A stretch of DNA of 62,744 nt, the filler included. It is 5 parts of 5 records of this genome, joined end to end, with 100 filler letters (N's around TTAATTAATTAA, not from the genome) between each part and the next. Parts side by side here need not be neighbours in the genome. Positions count along the whole stretch, not along the records: positions 44,067 to 51,654 come from SRR20825006_1949; positions 51,755 to 62,744 come from SRR20825006_1953; 3 more parts are not named here. One strand, 5' to 3'. The notes beneath the pieces were generated by a model. The model did not search any database. It had not been told where the DNA came from and was given only the letters and a program-made list of their open reading frames with translations. The first letter of the stretch is position 1. Every line of letters begins with the position of its first letter. Of the stretch, positions 47,894-57,991 are shown piece after piece. Position numbers and translations under genes: made by a program.

Positions 47894-49465
47894 ATGCGCC
47901 GCACTGCTCTATCCCTTGCTTCAATCACCGTCCTTGCTGTCGCGGGCTGTTCAGCGCCGTCTGATACCGCCGTGGCACAAAACGAAGCTTCATCGGCGCC
48001 GCTACGCGAAGGCACGACACCCATCCAGGCAAGTGATTCCTATTATCAATCTGCCGCTGAAGCCGTAGAAACACGCATTCAGGAGCGCGGCGTAAAATCG
48101 GCGAAGAACATCATCCTCTTCGTTGGCGATGGCATGAGCATTCCGACCATCACCGCCGCCCGCATCTATGCTGGCCAACAGCGTGGACTCGACGGCGAGT
48201 CCTATACGCTGGCCATGGACACGCTTCCGTACATGGCCCTGTCCAAAACCTACAGTCACGACTATCAGGTTTCCGACTCCGCCTCGACGGCAACTGCGAT
48301 GGTGACCGGTGCCAAGGTCAATTCACGAACGCTCGGCATCCTCAAGGAAGCCGGCTTCGGCAATTGCGCCAGCGTCGAAGGGCGCACGACAGAGTCAATT
48401 TTCGAACTGGCCGAGCGGTCAGGCCTCGCAACGGGTCTCGTTTCCACCGCCCGCCTGACCCATGCAACGCCGGCGTCCACCTTCGCCAAGACTCCCAGCC
48501 GCGACTGGGAAGCTGACAGCGATCTGAAAGGCGGAGACGCAGGCGACTGCAAGGATATTGCCCGCCAATTCATCGAGTGGTCGGAAGGCGACGGATTTGA
48601 AGTGGCAATGGCCGGAGGCCGCGCGCCCTTCACAACGACCGAACAGTCAGATGCCGAGGACGCCAATCGCACCGGAAGCCGCACGGATGGTCGCGACCTG
48701 ACCGCCGAATGGACCGCAAAGTCCGCCGACCATGTCTATGTCACCGACAAGGCTGGTTTCGAGACCATCGACTTCGCCTCGAATGCAAAAGTACTCGGCC
48801 TGTTTGAAGGCTCGCACATGAAATTCGCGCTCGATCGGGATGAAGACCCAGCTGGCGAACCTTCTCTAGTCGATCTGACAAAGGCGGCTATCACGCGCCT
48901 GTCCCAGGATGAGGACGGTTTTGTACTGATGGTCGAAGGCGGCCGAATTGACCATGGCCATCATGGCGTCAGTGCCGCCCGGGCCCTGTCGGAAACCGAT
49001 GAACTGGACCAGGCCCTCGCCGCAGCACTGGAAATGACCGATGCGGACGAGACGCTGATCATCGTGACCGCGGACCATTCACACACGATGACGATTTCTG
49101 GCTATCCAAAGCGCGGCAATCCGATCCTCGGCAAAGTCGTCAGCGGGCTGGATAACGCGCCGATGAAGGCACAGGACGGCAAACCCTACACAACGCTCTC
49201 CTATGCCAGCGGCATGACCGCGTGTCATTTGGTCGACGGCGAACCGGATTGCACCCGAGAAGACCTCTCCGAGATCGACACGACCGAAAAGAACTTCCAG
49301 CAACCCTCCCTCGTCTTCATGCCGTCGGAAACGCATGGGGGTGATGATGTGGCCATCTTCGCAACCGGCCCTGGGTCGGAACTCGTCTCCGGCGTGATGG
49401 AGCAGAACGAAATTTTCCACGTCATGGGTCGCGCTTCCGGTCTTGTGGCCGCGCCCACCGAATAA
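47894..49465 (+). CDS. phoA: Alkaline phosphatase (PhoA family), lipoprotein
   Basis: Lipobox VAGC; GDGMS, DSAST (active Ser), HATPA, EGGRIDHGHH, TADHSH and ETHGG motifs. Confidence 0.9.
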   Translation: MRRTALSLASITVLAVAGCSAPSDTAVAQNEASSAPLREGTTPIQASDSYYQSAAEAVETRIQERGVKSAKNIILFVGDGMSIPTITAARIYAGQQRGLDGESYTLAMDTLPYMALSKTYSHDYQVSDSASTATAMVTGAKVNSRTLGILKEAGFGNCASVEGRTTESIFELAERSGLATGLVSTARLTHATPASTFAKTPSRDWEADSDLKGGDAGDCKDIARQFIEWSEGDGFEVAMAGGRAPFTTTEQSDAEDANRTGSRTDGRDLTAEWTAKSADHVYVTDKAGFETIDFASNAKVLGLFEGSHMKFALDRDEDPAGEPSLVDLTKAAITRLSQDEDGFVLMVEGGRIDHGHHGVSAARALSETDELDQALAAALEMTDADETLIIVTADHSHTMTISGYPKRGNPILGKVVSGLDNAPMKAQDGKPYTTLSYASGMTACHLVDGEPDCTREDLSEIDTTEKNFQQPSLVFMPSETHGGDDVAIFATGPGSELVSGVMEQNEIFHVMGRASGLVAAPTE

Positions 49466-49579
49466 CCCCTGCCCCTGCGTAGGGCCTGTTCAGGCAGCGC
49501 ATTCTGAGGGACACTTCCTCCCATATTCGGTCATCTGCGCCAGCAAGAGCGCGGAGACCGGGCCAAAGGAGGAAGACCC

Positions 49580-50680
49580 ATGAAGGCTGCTGTCATGCGC
49601 GCGCCCAATGCGCCGCTATCCATCGAAGATGTCACGATTTCCAAGCCCGGACCGCGCGAAGTGCTGGTCCGGCTGAAGGCGGTCGGCGTCTGCCATTCGG
49701 ACGTGCATTTCTGGGACGGGAACTTCCCCGCCGAATTGCCGGTCATCCTCGGGCATGAAAGCGCCGGCATCGTGGAAGAAGTCGGCTCCATGGTCTCAGC
49801 GGTCAAGCCGGGCGACCATGTAATCTCGATCCTGTCGCCCTTCTGCGGCACCTGCGAGTACTGCCTGACAGGCCACATGTCCGTCTGCCATACGGTGAAC
49901 AAGGAACACTTCCAGCGCCAGCCCACAGAAGCCCCCCGCCTCTCCATCAAGGGTGAAAAGGTCGGCCAGTTCCTGAACCTCTCTTCCTTCGCCGAACAGA
50001 TCCTCGTCCATGAGAACGCGCTATGCGCAGTCGACAAGGATATGCCAATGGACAAGGCCTGCCTGATCGGATGCGGCGTCATTACCGGTGTCGGATCAGT
50101 CTTTCATTCCGCCAAGGTCGAGCCGGGTTCCACGGTTGCCGTCCTCGGCTGTGGCGGCGTCGGGCTTGCCGCGATCAATGGCGCAGCCATCGCAGGCGCC
50201 AGCCGTATCATCGCGGTAGACCTGTCAGACGAGAAACTCCAGATGGCTGTCCGTTTCGGCGCGACCGACACCGTCAATCCAGGCAAGGTCAATGCGATCG
50301 AGGCCGTCAAGGAACTCACCAAGGGCGGCGTCCACTACTCCTTCGAATGCGTCGGCCTGAAACAGACGGCTGAACAGGCCTACCACATGCTGCGGCCACG
50401 CGGCGTGGCAACCGTGATCGGCATGATTTCGCCCGGCGTGAACATCGAGATCCCCGGCATTGAATTGCTGGCGACAGAAAAACGCCTGCAGGGGGCGATC
50501 ATGGGGTCTAACCGGTTCCGCGTGGATTTCCCGCGCCTGATCGAACTGTACAGACAGGGCAAGCTGCACCTTGATGATCTTGTCTCTGACCGGATCGGTC
50601 TTGAGGGGATCACCGGCGCCCTCCAGAACCTTAAGGACAACAAGGGCACGGTCGCGCGGCAGGTGGTCGTGTTCGACTAG
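49580..50680 (+). CDS. Zn-dependent alcohol dehydrogenase (class III/FDH-like MDR)
   Basis: GVCHSD, GHE, structural zinc Cys cluster, GCGGVG. Confidence 0.9.
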   Translation: MKAAVMRAPNAPLSIEDVTISKPGPREVLVRLKAVGVCHSDVHFWDGNFPAELPVILGHESAGIVEEVGSMVSAVKPGDHVISILSPFCGTCEYCLTGHMSVCHTVNKEHFQRQPTEAPRLSIKGEKVGQFLNLSSFAEQILVHENALCAVDKDMPMDKACLIGCGVITGVGSVFHSAKVEPGSTVAVLGCGGVGLAAINGAAIAGASRIIAVDLSDEKLQMAVRFGATDTVNPGKVNAIEAVKELTKGGVHYSFECVGLKQTAEQAYHMLRPRGVATVIGMISPGVNIEIPGIELLATEKRLQGAIMGSNRFRVDFPRLIELYRQGKLHLDDLVSDRIGLEGITGALQNLKDNKGTVARQVVVFD

Positions 50681-50752
50681 GCTTCGGAACTGCCCGGCTC
50701 GCCCGGCATTGTTGTGATCACTGAGCATGATCACAACAGAAAGCGGGCCTTG

Positions 50753-50998
50753 ATGTCGGAGAGTTTGGAATGGATCGCAATGGGCACCGGCATTGTCGCG
50801 GCCATCATGGTGTCGGCCGATCTTGGGCGACGCATTACCGGCTTCGCCTTTATCGTGTTTGCGGTCTCTTCCACATGCTGGGTCATGATCGGCCTCTCAG
50901 ATGACGAGGCCCCGCTCATGTACCAGAACATTGTCCTGACCGTGATCAACTTCATCGGCATCTACCGCTGGCTGATCCTCAAGAAGGAATCGGGCTAG
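50753..50998 (+). CDS. Small 3-TM membrane protein
   Basis: 81 aa hydrophobic ORF ending QNIVLTVINFIGIYRWL. Confidence 0.6.
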   Translation: MSESLEWIAMGTGIVAAIMVSADLGRRITGFAFIVFAVSSTCWVMIGLSDDEAPLMYQNIVLTVINFIGIYRWLILKKESG

Positions 50999-51489
50999 AG
51001 TCCGAACCGGCCCGGATTGTCCCGGATCAGGGCTTCGAGTTTCGGCATGCCGTCTTTCAGACCCTTGGCAAGCTGTTTGGAGACAATTCCGCCCAGGATC
51101 AGCGGCGCACTGGCCTTGCCCGCCCAGCGCAGCTCGCAGCCTTCCGGCGTTTCAACGACGACATAGTCCTCAACCGCGGCCGAGACCGGCAGCGTCGACT
51201 TTTCAAACCGGAAAGCCATCCGCTTGCCCTCTTCCCAGGCAAAGAAGGTTTCCTCGACTTTCTGGTCCCCGATCTCGACGGTGCGCGTGGTCCCGACCCC
51301 GAACGGCTCCGGGCTCGTCCAGACCACATTCGTAATCGGCAGCCATTCCGTCCATGCCTCTGCATCCAGCAAGGCGGCCCAGACGGCGGACGCCGGAAAT
51401 GGGAATGCATGTGCGACCCGCAGTTTCGGACTAACAGTCGCGAGATAGTCTTCGCCGACCGGCTTGTGCTGTTTCAGTGACTTGGCCAT
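50995..51489 (-). CDS. SRPBCC (START/Bet v1-like) family protein
   Basis: PASAVWAAL..W..WLP and GVGTTRTV motifs. Confidence 0.8.
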   Translation of the reverse strand: MAKSLKQHKPVGEDYLATVSPKLRVAHAFPFPASAVWAALLDAEAWTEWLPITNVVWTSPEPFGVGTTRTVEIGDQKVEETFFAWEEGKRMAFRFEKSTLPVSAAVEDYVVVETPEGCELRWAGKASAPLILGGIVSKQLAKGLKDGMPKLEALIRDNPGRFGL

Positions 51490-51590
51490 TCAGTTCCCCC
51501 TCTTCCTGATTTCAGGCAGGATGGGAGCGGACCGAACGACCTGTCAAACCGTGCCGCCACGGCAGCACAGGACAGACCCTTGGCATTAGA

Positions 51591-51654
51591 TCAGTCCCGC
51601 AGCAGTTCGTTGACACCGGTCTTTGAGCGGGTCTGGGCGTCGACGGTCTTGACG
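51591..51654 (-). CDS. dapD: Tetrahydrodipicolinate N-succinyltransferase, C-terminal fragment
   Basis: Manual translation VKTVDAQTRSKTGVNELLRD* matches the characteristic DapD C-terminus; not in the ORF track. Confidence 0.85.
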
Positions 51655-51754
51655 NNNNNNNNNNNNNNNNNNNNNNNNNNNNNNNNNNNNNNNNNNNNTT
51701 AATTAATTAANNNNNNNNNNNNNNNNNNNNNNNNNNNNNNNNNNNNNNNNNNNN
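51655..51754. other. Artificial contig linker
   Basis: Same 100-bp spacer. Confidence 0.98.
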
Positions 51755-51774
51755 TCGGGCGCTGCCCTCAGTGG

Positions 51775-51851
51775 CAAGGTCACTTTGGGCTCAAACCTGC
51801 CGTTCACTGCGCACTACATCAAGGTCCGGTGAGCGGACGAAGCTGCCGGTT
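51775..51851. repeat. Two degenerate direct repeat units (45-bp period)
   Basis: CAAGGTCACTTTGGGCTCAAACCTGCCGTT (51775) and CAAGGTCCGGTGAGCGGACGAAGCTGCCGGTT (51820). Confidence 0.55.
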
Positions 51852-51858
51852 GTGAGGA

Positions 51859-52626
51859 TCAGTCTTTCAAAAACTGTCGCAAGAGATTCACAAACTCTTT
51901 GGGAGCATCAATGTGGACCGAGTGACCGGCATCAAGCTGGGCGAACGTCGTGCCAGCACGCTGTTCCGCCATGGACCGTAACTCGGCTGCATCACAGATG
52001 CGGCTTTCACTTCCAGAGACAACGAGCGCCGGGCACTGGCTTTGCAGCCAGATGGTCCAGTGGTCGCCATTGGTCGCCTGTTCCGAAACCAGGAACTCCG
52101 TAGGGTCGAAATTGAGTGCCCATCCTTCTGCAACGCGATGTATCGAGTTTTGCAGATATGGGGCAAGGCGAGGTCCGAGGCGTTCCTCAAGGTCTTCACG
52201 CAATCGGAACGTACCGCCCCAGTCAGCCACATACGGCGTTGAATCGTCCTGAATATTCACGCCGATGTCTTCTATGACCATCGCGGAAATACGATCAGGA
52301 TGTGCCGCCGCGAGATGATAGGCGACAATCCCTCCAAAAGAATGACCAAGCACCGGAACCTGCTCTGTGATGGACAGGTGGTCCAGAAGCGCAATCACAT
52401 CGGAAACATAGGCAGTCATGCTATGTGGCACGGCGTGGTCGGTTTCACCGAACCCGCGCTGGTCCAATGCGATCACACGCCAATCGGGGGCAAGGTCTTC
52501 GGCCAACACAGAGAAATCAGACGCACCCATCCAGTGACCGTGCAGCGCAATCAAAGGCTTCCCGTCGCCACCGGCATCAAGGAAGGACAGGATAATTCCA
52601 TCGTGTTCAAGGCTGTGCCTGTGCAT
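51859..52626 (-). CDS. Alpha/beta fold hydrolase
   Basis: ALHG, DQRGFG, GHSFG nucleophile and AGHSVH motifs. Confidence 0.9.
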   Translation of the reverse strand: MHRHSLEHDGIILSFLDAGGDGKPLIALHGHWMGASDFSVLAEDLAPDWRVIALDQRGFGETDHAVPHSMTAYVSDVIALLDHLSITEQVPVLGHSFGGIVAYHLAAAHPDRISAMVIEDIGVNIQDDSTPYVADWGGTFRLREDLEERLGPRLAPYLQNSIHRVAEGWALNFDPTEFLVSEQATNGDHWTIWLQSQCPALVVSGSESRICDAAELRSMAEQRAGTTFAQLDAGHSVHIDAPKEFVNLLRQFLKD

Positions 52627-52674
52627 GAGTTCACCTTTCGTTTCCCTGTCTGTATCTGGCCCAGTACGCAGGGA

Positions 52675-52765
52675 CAAGGGCCACTCAGGTCTCAAACCAC
52701 CCCTCCGCTACCCCCCACGCGAACGCCCGCTTCCCCACCAAGGGTCACCTAACCCCCCAAAGACC
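52675..52765. repeat. Further degenerate copies of the same repeat unit
   Basis: CAAGGGCCACTCAGGTCTCAAACC (52675) aligns with the 51775 unit; weaker CAAGGGTCACCT..CAAAG at 52739. Confidence 0.45.
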
Positions 52766-52779
52766 AAAGCCCCGCAACA

Positions 52780-55700
52780 TCATCCCTCACCATCCCCCGC
52801 ATCCGGCTTCACATTGAACACCGCCAGATACAGCGCAGGCACAAACAACAACGTCACAATCGTCCCCACGATAATCCCCCCCATCATCGCAAAGGCCATC
52901 GGCCCCCAGAAAATCTGACGCGAGATCGGGATCAGCGCAAGGCTCGCCGCCGCCGCCGTCAGCAGGATCGGACGCGCCCGGCTGTCGCTGGCCTCGAACA
53001 CGGCGGCCCAGGCGGTCCGGCCCTTTTCGCGCAGCACTTCGATTTCGTGCACCAGAATGATCGAGTTGCGGATCAAAATACCAACCAGCGCCAGCACGCC
53101 CAGGATCGCCACGAACCCCAGCGGCGCGCCCGACAGCAACAGCGCCGCCACCACACCGATCAGCCCCAGCGGCGCCGCGCACAGCACGACAAAGCTCAAC
53201 CGGAAGCTTTGCATCTGGATCATCACCAATACCAGCATCAGCATCAGCATCAGCGGCATGACCGACGCAATCGGCCCTTGGCTTTCCGCACTGGACTCAA
53301 CCGACCCGCCAACAACCACCGCATAGCCAAACGGCAGCTTGGCGCGGAATGCGGCGATCTGGTCTGCCAGCGCGTTGACCACCGTGGCGGGTTGGTCGTC
53401 GGTCGCAATGGCGCTCATCACGGTCACGGTCGGCATCCGGCCACGCTGGTACAGCACCGGTTGTTCGGTGTCGTATTCAAAGGTGGCCACCGATTGCAGC
53501 GGAATGCGCACGTTGTTCCCCGTGTTCAGTTGCAACTCGCGCAGGTCTTCGACCGACTGGCGCGCATCGTCATCACCACGGGCGATGATGTCGATCAGAT
53601 AGGCCTGATCGCGCAATTGCGTGACCTGCGCGCCCACATAGATCGCGTTCAGCGCCGCTGCGATGTCGGACGACGACACACCCAACTGGCGCGCCTTGTC
53701 CTGCAACAGGTTCACCCGCACCACCCGCGCCGGCTCGTTCCAGTCCATGACCGTCCCTTGGGTGCGCGGATCGGACGACACCAGCGCCGCCAGTTCGCGG
53801 CCCAGATCGCGCACGCGGTCAATGTCCGGCCCGCTCAGGCGGTACTGCACGGGGCGACCGACCGGCGGGCCAACCTCCAGCAGTTTGACAAAGACATCGG
53901 TGCCGGGAAAGGCATCCAGGGAATAGGTTTCGATGTCACTGCGCAGGGCGTCCCGTGCCGCGACCCCCGGCGTCTGGATCACGATTTGCGCGGTGTTCGG
54001 GCTGGGCGTCACAACGTCATAGGCCAGGATAAACCGCGGCGCGCCACGTCCCACATAGGACGAATGGAACAGCACGTTGTCGTTGCCCTCCAGACGCGCC
54101 TCCATCTTCTCGACCTGCGCCTGTGTCTCGGCAATCGACGCGTTCTGCGGCAGCGTCATGTCGATGATCAGCTCGGGCCGGTCCGAGCTGGGGAAAAACT
54201 GGTTCTCCACCGACCCCAGGCCCACAACCGACACGCCAAAGATCACCACAGTCGCGGCAATCGTCACCCAGCGAAACCGCATCGCCCCGCGCAGCACCTT
54301 GTGAAACGCGCCCCGCACGCGGCCCGGCGTCTCATCGTGATGCTTCCATTTCGACGGCAGGAACGTGACCCCCAGCAGCGGCGCAAACAGCACCGCCACG
54401 ATCCAGCTGACCAGCAACGAAACCGCAATCACCACGAACAGCGAAAATGTAAACTCGCCCGCCGAGGACGAATTCAACCCGATCGGAATAAAGCCCACGA
54501 CGGTGACCAGCGTGCCCGACAGCATCGGAAAGGCAATCGACGTCCACGCGTAAGACGCCGACTTGACCAGCGTCTCGCCCCGCTCCAGCCGCGAGATCAT
54601 CGTCTCGATGGCAATCATCGCGTCGTCCACCAGCAACCCCAGCGCAATGATCAGCGCCCCCAGCGAAATCCGCTGCAGGGTAAAGCCAAGGTAGTTCAGG
54701 ATCACGAAGGTGATCGCCAGAACCAGCGGAATGGTCAGCGCCACGACAAACCCCGCGCGCATTCCCAGGCTGACAAAGCTGACGGCCAGAACGATCAGAA
54801 CCGCCTCGACCAGCGCCTGAATGAAATGGCCCACGGCCTCGTCCACCACATGCGGCTGGTCCGCGACCTGATGAATCTCGATCCCCACCGGCAGATCGGC
54901 CTGCGCCTGTGCGATGACCTTGTCCAGCTCAGCGCCGAAATCGACGATATTGGCCCCCGACCGCATCCCCACGGCCAGGCCGATGGCCTCTTGTGCGTTG
55001 TAATGGAACAGCTCGGACGGCGGGTCCTCGTAGCCACGGTGAATGTCGGCCACATCGGTCAGACGGAAGAACCGCCCGTCCACCCGCAGGTTGATGCCGG
55101 CCAGGCTCTCGGCATCCGTAAACTGCCCGCCGATCCGCACCATCACCCGTTCGGGGCCTGCGTTGATCACCCCGCTGGGCAGGATCGCGTTCTGTGCGGC
55201 CAGCGTGGCCTGCACCGCCTGCTGGTTCAGCCCAAGGGCCGCCAGCCGTTCGGTGGAATATTCCAGATAGACCACCTCGTCGCGGGTGCCGAAAATCTCG
55301 ATCTTGCCGGAATCGTCCAGCTGCTGAATGGCGCGCCGCGTCCGTTCGACATAATCGCGCACCTCGCGCGGACTGAACCCGTCCGAGGTAAATGCATAAA
55401 GGTTGCCGAACACGTCGCCAAAGTCGTCGTTGAACTGAAACCCCGAGAACCCTTCGGGGAAATCGCCCCGGATGTCGGCCATCATGTTGCGGACCTTCTG
55501 CCAGGTCTGCGTCAGCTTCTCGCCGCGCACCGTGTCCAGCAGGTTGACATAGATGATCGCCTGTCCCGGTCGGGTCACGGACCGCGTGAAATCAAGCTCG
55601 GGGAGGTCTTCCAGCTTTTTCTCGATCCGGTCGGTGACTTGCAGGCGCGTTTCCTCGACATCCGCACCGGGCAGCGACGTGGAAATCACCATCGTCTTGA

Positions 55701-55833
55701 TGGCAAAGTTCGGGTCTTCCTCGCGGCCGATGGTGGTATAGGCAATCGCGCCCGCAATGATCGACACGATCATCAGGAACCACACAAAAGACCGGTGTTG
55801 CAGCGCCCAGTCGGACAGGTTGAAACGGTTCAT
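52780..55833 (-). CDS. RND efflux permease (TriC/MexK-like)
   Basis: 1017 aa; FNLSDWAL, GREEDP, GLLVDDA and RARPILLT motifs. Confidence 0.95.
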   Translation of the reverse strand: MNRFNLSDWALQHRSFVWFLMIVSIIAGAIAYTTIGREEDPNFAIKTMVISTSLPGADVEETRLQVTDRIEKKLEDLPELDFTRSVTRPGQAIIYVNLLDTVRGEKLTQTWQKVRNMMADIRGDFPEGFSGFQFNDDFGDVFGNLYAFTSDGFSPREVRDYVERTRRAIQQLDDSGKIEIFGTRDEVVYLEYSTERLAALGLNQQAVQATLAAQNAILPSGVINAGPERVMVRIGGQFTDAESLAGINLRVDGRFFRLTDVADIHRGYEDPPSELFHYNAQEAIGLAVGMRSGANIVDFGAELDKVIAQAQADLPVGIEIHQVADQPHVVDEAVGHFIQALVEAVLIVLAVSFVSLGMRAGFVVALTIPLVLAITFVILNYLGFTLQRISLGALIIALGLLVDDAMIAIETMISRLERGETLVKSASYAWTSIAFPMLSGTLVTVVGFIPIGLNSSSAGEFTFSLFVVIAVSLLVSWIVAVLFAPLLGVTFLPSKWKHHDETPGRVRGAFHKVLRGAMRFRWVTIAATVVIFGVSVVGLGSVENQFFPSSDRPELIIDMTLPQNASIAETQAQVEKMEARLEGNDNVLFHSSYVGRGAPRFILAYDVVTPSPNTAQIVIQTPGVAARDALRSDIETYSLDAFPGTDVFVKLLEVGPPVGRPVQYRLSGPDIDRVRDLGRELAALVSSDPRTQGTVMDWNEPARVVRVNLLQDKARQLGVSSSDIAAALNAIYVGAQVTQLRDQAYLIDIIARGDDDARQSVEDLRELQLNTGNNVRIPLQSVATFEYDTEQPVLYQRGRMPTVTVMSAIATDDQPATVVNALADQIAAFRAKLPFGYAVVVGGSVESSAESQGPIASVMPLMLMLMLVLVMIQMQSFRLSFVVLCAAPLGLIGVVAALLLSGAPLGFVAILGVLALVGILIRNSIILVHEIEVLREKGRTAWAAVFEASDSRARPILLTAAAASLALIPISRQIFWGPMAFAMMGGIIVGTIVTLLFVPALYLAVFNVKPDAGDGEG

Positions 55834-56912
55834 TGGGACACGCTTGGGCCAACGGTCTGGCCCTCCTTCAAAGAATGGATACCTTTGGTGATGACCTCGT
55901 CACCGGCCTTGATGCCACCCGTGACACGCACGCGCGGCCCGAATTGCTCGCCCAGCTCCACCGGCGTGCGGTGTACCGTTCCGGTGGCCTCATCGGCGGC
56001 ACGGGTCACGATCCAGACGGCGGGGGTGCCCTTGGGGTCCAGAATGGCGCCGGCGTCCAGAATGATGTCCAGCCGCGCCGTGGTGGCAGGGGCGATATGG
56101 ACCAGCGCCCCCAACCGAAAGCCGTCGGGCGGGTCCTGCAAGGTCAGATGCACCCGACGTGTCCGCGTCGAGGCGGCCGCGACCGGATCAATCCGGCGCA
56201 GCGACGCCTGCGCGGTCACGCTGGGGTTGGCGGCCAGCGCCACGTCGAACATCAGCCCCTCGCTCAGCGCGGCGGCATCCCGTTCGATGACATCCAGCGT
56301 GATCTCGCGCATTTCGGTGCCTGCCAGAACCACGACAGCCTCGCCTGCGGTGACCGATGCACCGGCTTCGGCGTTGGTCTGAATGATGACACCGTCTTGC
56401 GGCGCGGTCAGCGTGGCAAAGCCGCGAATGTCCTGCGCCTGCGCCAGCGCGGCGCGCGCCTGTTCGACGGCGGCAATGGCGGCGGTCAGACCGCGTTCGG
56501 CGTCCTCCAGACGGGTGGCGCTGTCGGTCCCGCGGCTCAGCAACTCGCGGGCGCGGTTCTCGGCGTCACGGGCGGCGCGCAACTGGGCGTTGGCCACCTG
56601 AACACCCGCTTCGGCGGCGCGCACGTCGGCATCCAGATCCTCGGGGTCCAGCCGCGCCAGCACTGCGCCCTTGGTGACCAGATCGCCGGTCTCGACCGGG
56701 CGCTCGGCCAGCGTGCCCGCCAGCAGGAACCCAAGGTCGGTTTCCGTGCGCGCGCTGACCAGCCCGACAAAACGGTTCTGATAGCCCGCGCGTTCATTCA
56801 CCACCTGCGACACCACGGGGCGCGGCGTGTCCTGCACAAGGGCAAGCTCGTCATTGGCAAGGGCAGGGGTGGCCAACAAGGCCAGCACGCTCAGGACAAG
56901 GGGCATTCTCAT
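55830..56912 (-). CDS. RND periplasmic adaptor (MFP) 2
   Basis: Lipoyl-hairpin-lipoyl pattern (GDLVTKGAVLARLD..LTAPQDG). Confidence 0.9.
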   Translation of the reverse strand: MRMPLVLSVLALLATPALANDELALVQDTPRPVVSQVVNERAGYQNRFVGLVSARTETDLGFLLAGTLAERPVETGDLVTKGAVLARLDPEDLDADVRAAEAGVQVANAQLRAARDAENRARELLSRGTDSATRLEDAERGLTAAIAAVEQARAALAQAQDIRGFATLTAPQDGVIIQTNAEAGASVTAGEAVVVLAGTEMREITLDVIERDAAALSEGLMFDVALAANPSVTAQASLRRIDPVAAASTRTRRVHLTLQDPPDGFRLGALVHIAPATTARLDIILDAGAILDPKGTPAVWIVTRAADEATGTVHRTPVELGEQFGPRVRVTGGIKAGDEVITKGIHSLKEGQTVGPSVSQ

Positions 56913-57991
56913 TGGCTCTCTCCTGCGGCACGCACGATCCGTCCGGGATACAGCAACTGCGCCCCGCGCGTGACGACCTGTTCGTTCTCTTCCAGTCCGC
57001 CCGACAGGATGATCCAGCCGGTCTCGTAACGCTCGACGGTGATCGACCGCAGCGACACCGCCATCGTATCGGGGTCGACCACCCAGACCGCAGGCCCGTC
57101 CACAGTGGCCGACATCGCGGTATAGGGCAGGGTGATGCGCGGCGCGTCGGTTACCGTGACCGTGCCGCGAATGGCGTCGCCATAGGTCAGGAACGGATGG
57201 GACTCGTTGATCGTGATCTTCACCGCCACCGTGCCCGCCGCCGCATCCACCAGCGGCGACACCTCGCGCAGCGTGCCGGTGAAATGCGTTTCGGGCCGGT
57301 CGATCAGCGCAAGGTCGATGTCGTCGATGTTGCGCGGCGTTGCCATCAGAACCTCGGGCATGTCGAACACCGCATCAATCTGCCGGCCCAAAGCCAATTC
57401 CAGAACCGGCTGCGCGGCGCCCACCACCTGACCCGGCTCCGCCAGACGCTTGATCACCGTCGCATTCGTCGGCGCGGTCAGCGTGGCGTCGTCCAGCGCA
57501 CGTTGGGCGCGGTCCAGATCGGCATTCGCCTGCGTCAGCGCCCCCTCGGCGATGCGCAGGGCATCCTCGGCACTGTCGCGGCTGATCCGCGTGGTCGCAC
57601 CGCGCTCCAGCAGCGTGTCCTGACGGTCAAGATCCTCGATGGCCTGCGTGTGGTTGGCCTGCGCCGTCGACAGCCCGGCCTGCGCCGCACGCAAGGCCTG
57701 CGCCTGTTGCACGCTGTCCATCTGCGCCAGCACCGCACCGCTTGCCACATGGTCGCCTTCTTCGACCTGCATCTGCGCAATGCGCCCGCCCGACGGGAAC
57801 GACGCCCGCAACGTATCGCGCGCCACCACCTCGCCCGTCAGCGAAAAGGTCAGCGTTTGCGTGCTGAGCGTGGTGGTGAACAGCTCGACCGGCAACGGCT
57901 CTTCGGCCTGTGCAAAAGGCGTCGCCAGCATCAGCGCCGCACAAAGCGTCAGGACGCCCCGGCACCGGTGTTTCAAAGCGGTCAGGCTCAT
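56909..57991 (-). CDS. RND periplasmic adaptor (MFP) 1
   Basis: GGRIAQMQVEEGDHV..LTAPTNA..EPGQVV. Confidence 0.9.
   Translation of the reverse strand: MSLTALKHRCRGVLTLCAALMLATPFAQAEEPLPVELFTTTLSTQTLTFSLTGEVVARDTLRASFPSGGRIAQMQVEEGDHVASGAVLAQMDSVQQAQALRAAQAGLSTAQANHTQAIEDLDRQDTLLERGATTRISRDSAEDALRIAEGALTQANADLDRAQRALDDATLTAPTNATVIKRLAEPGQVVGAAQPVLELALGRQIDAVFDMPEVLMATPRNIDDIDLALIDRPETHFTGTLREVSPLVDAAAGTVAVKITINESHPFLTYGDAIRGTVTVTDAPRITLPYTAMSATVDGPAVWVVDPDTMAVSLRSITVERYETGWIILSGGLEENEQVVTRGAQLLYPGRIVRAAGESQ

Noticed and set aside
51775-51851. CRISPR array or integron attC interpretation of the repeats
   Set aside because: Units are too degenerate, there are no cas or intI genes, and no RYYYAAC..GTTRRRY box pair was found
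53047-56382. 1111-aa plus-strand ORF
   Set aside because: Antisense shadow of the GC-rich RND and MFP genes; no motifs
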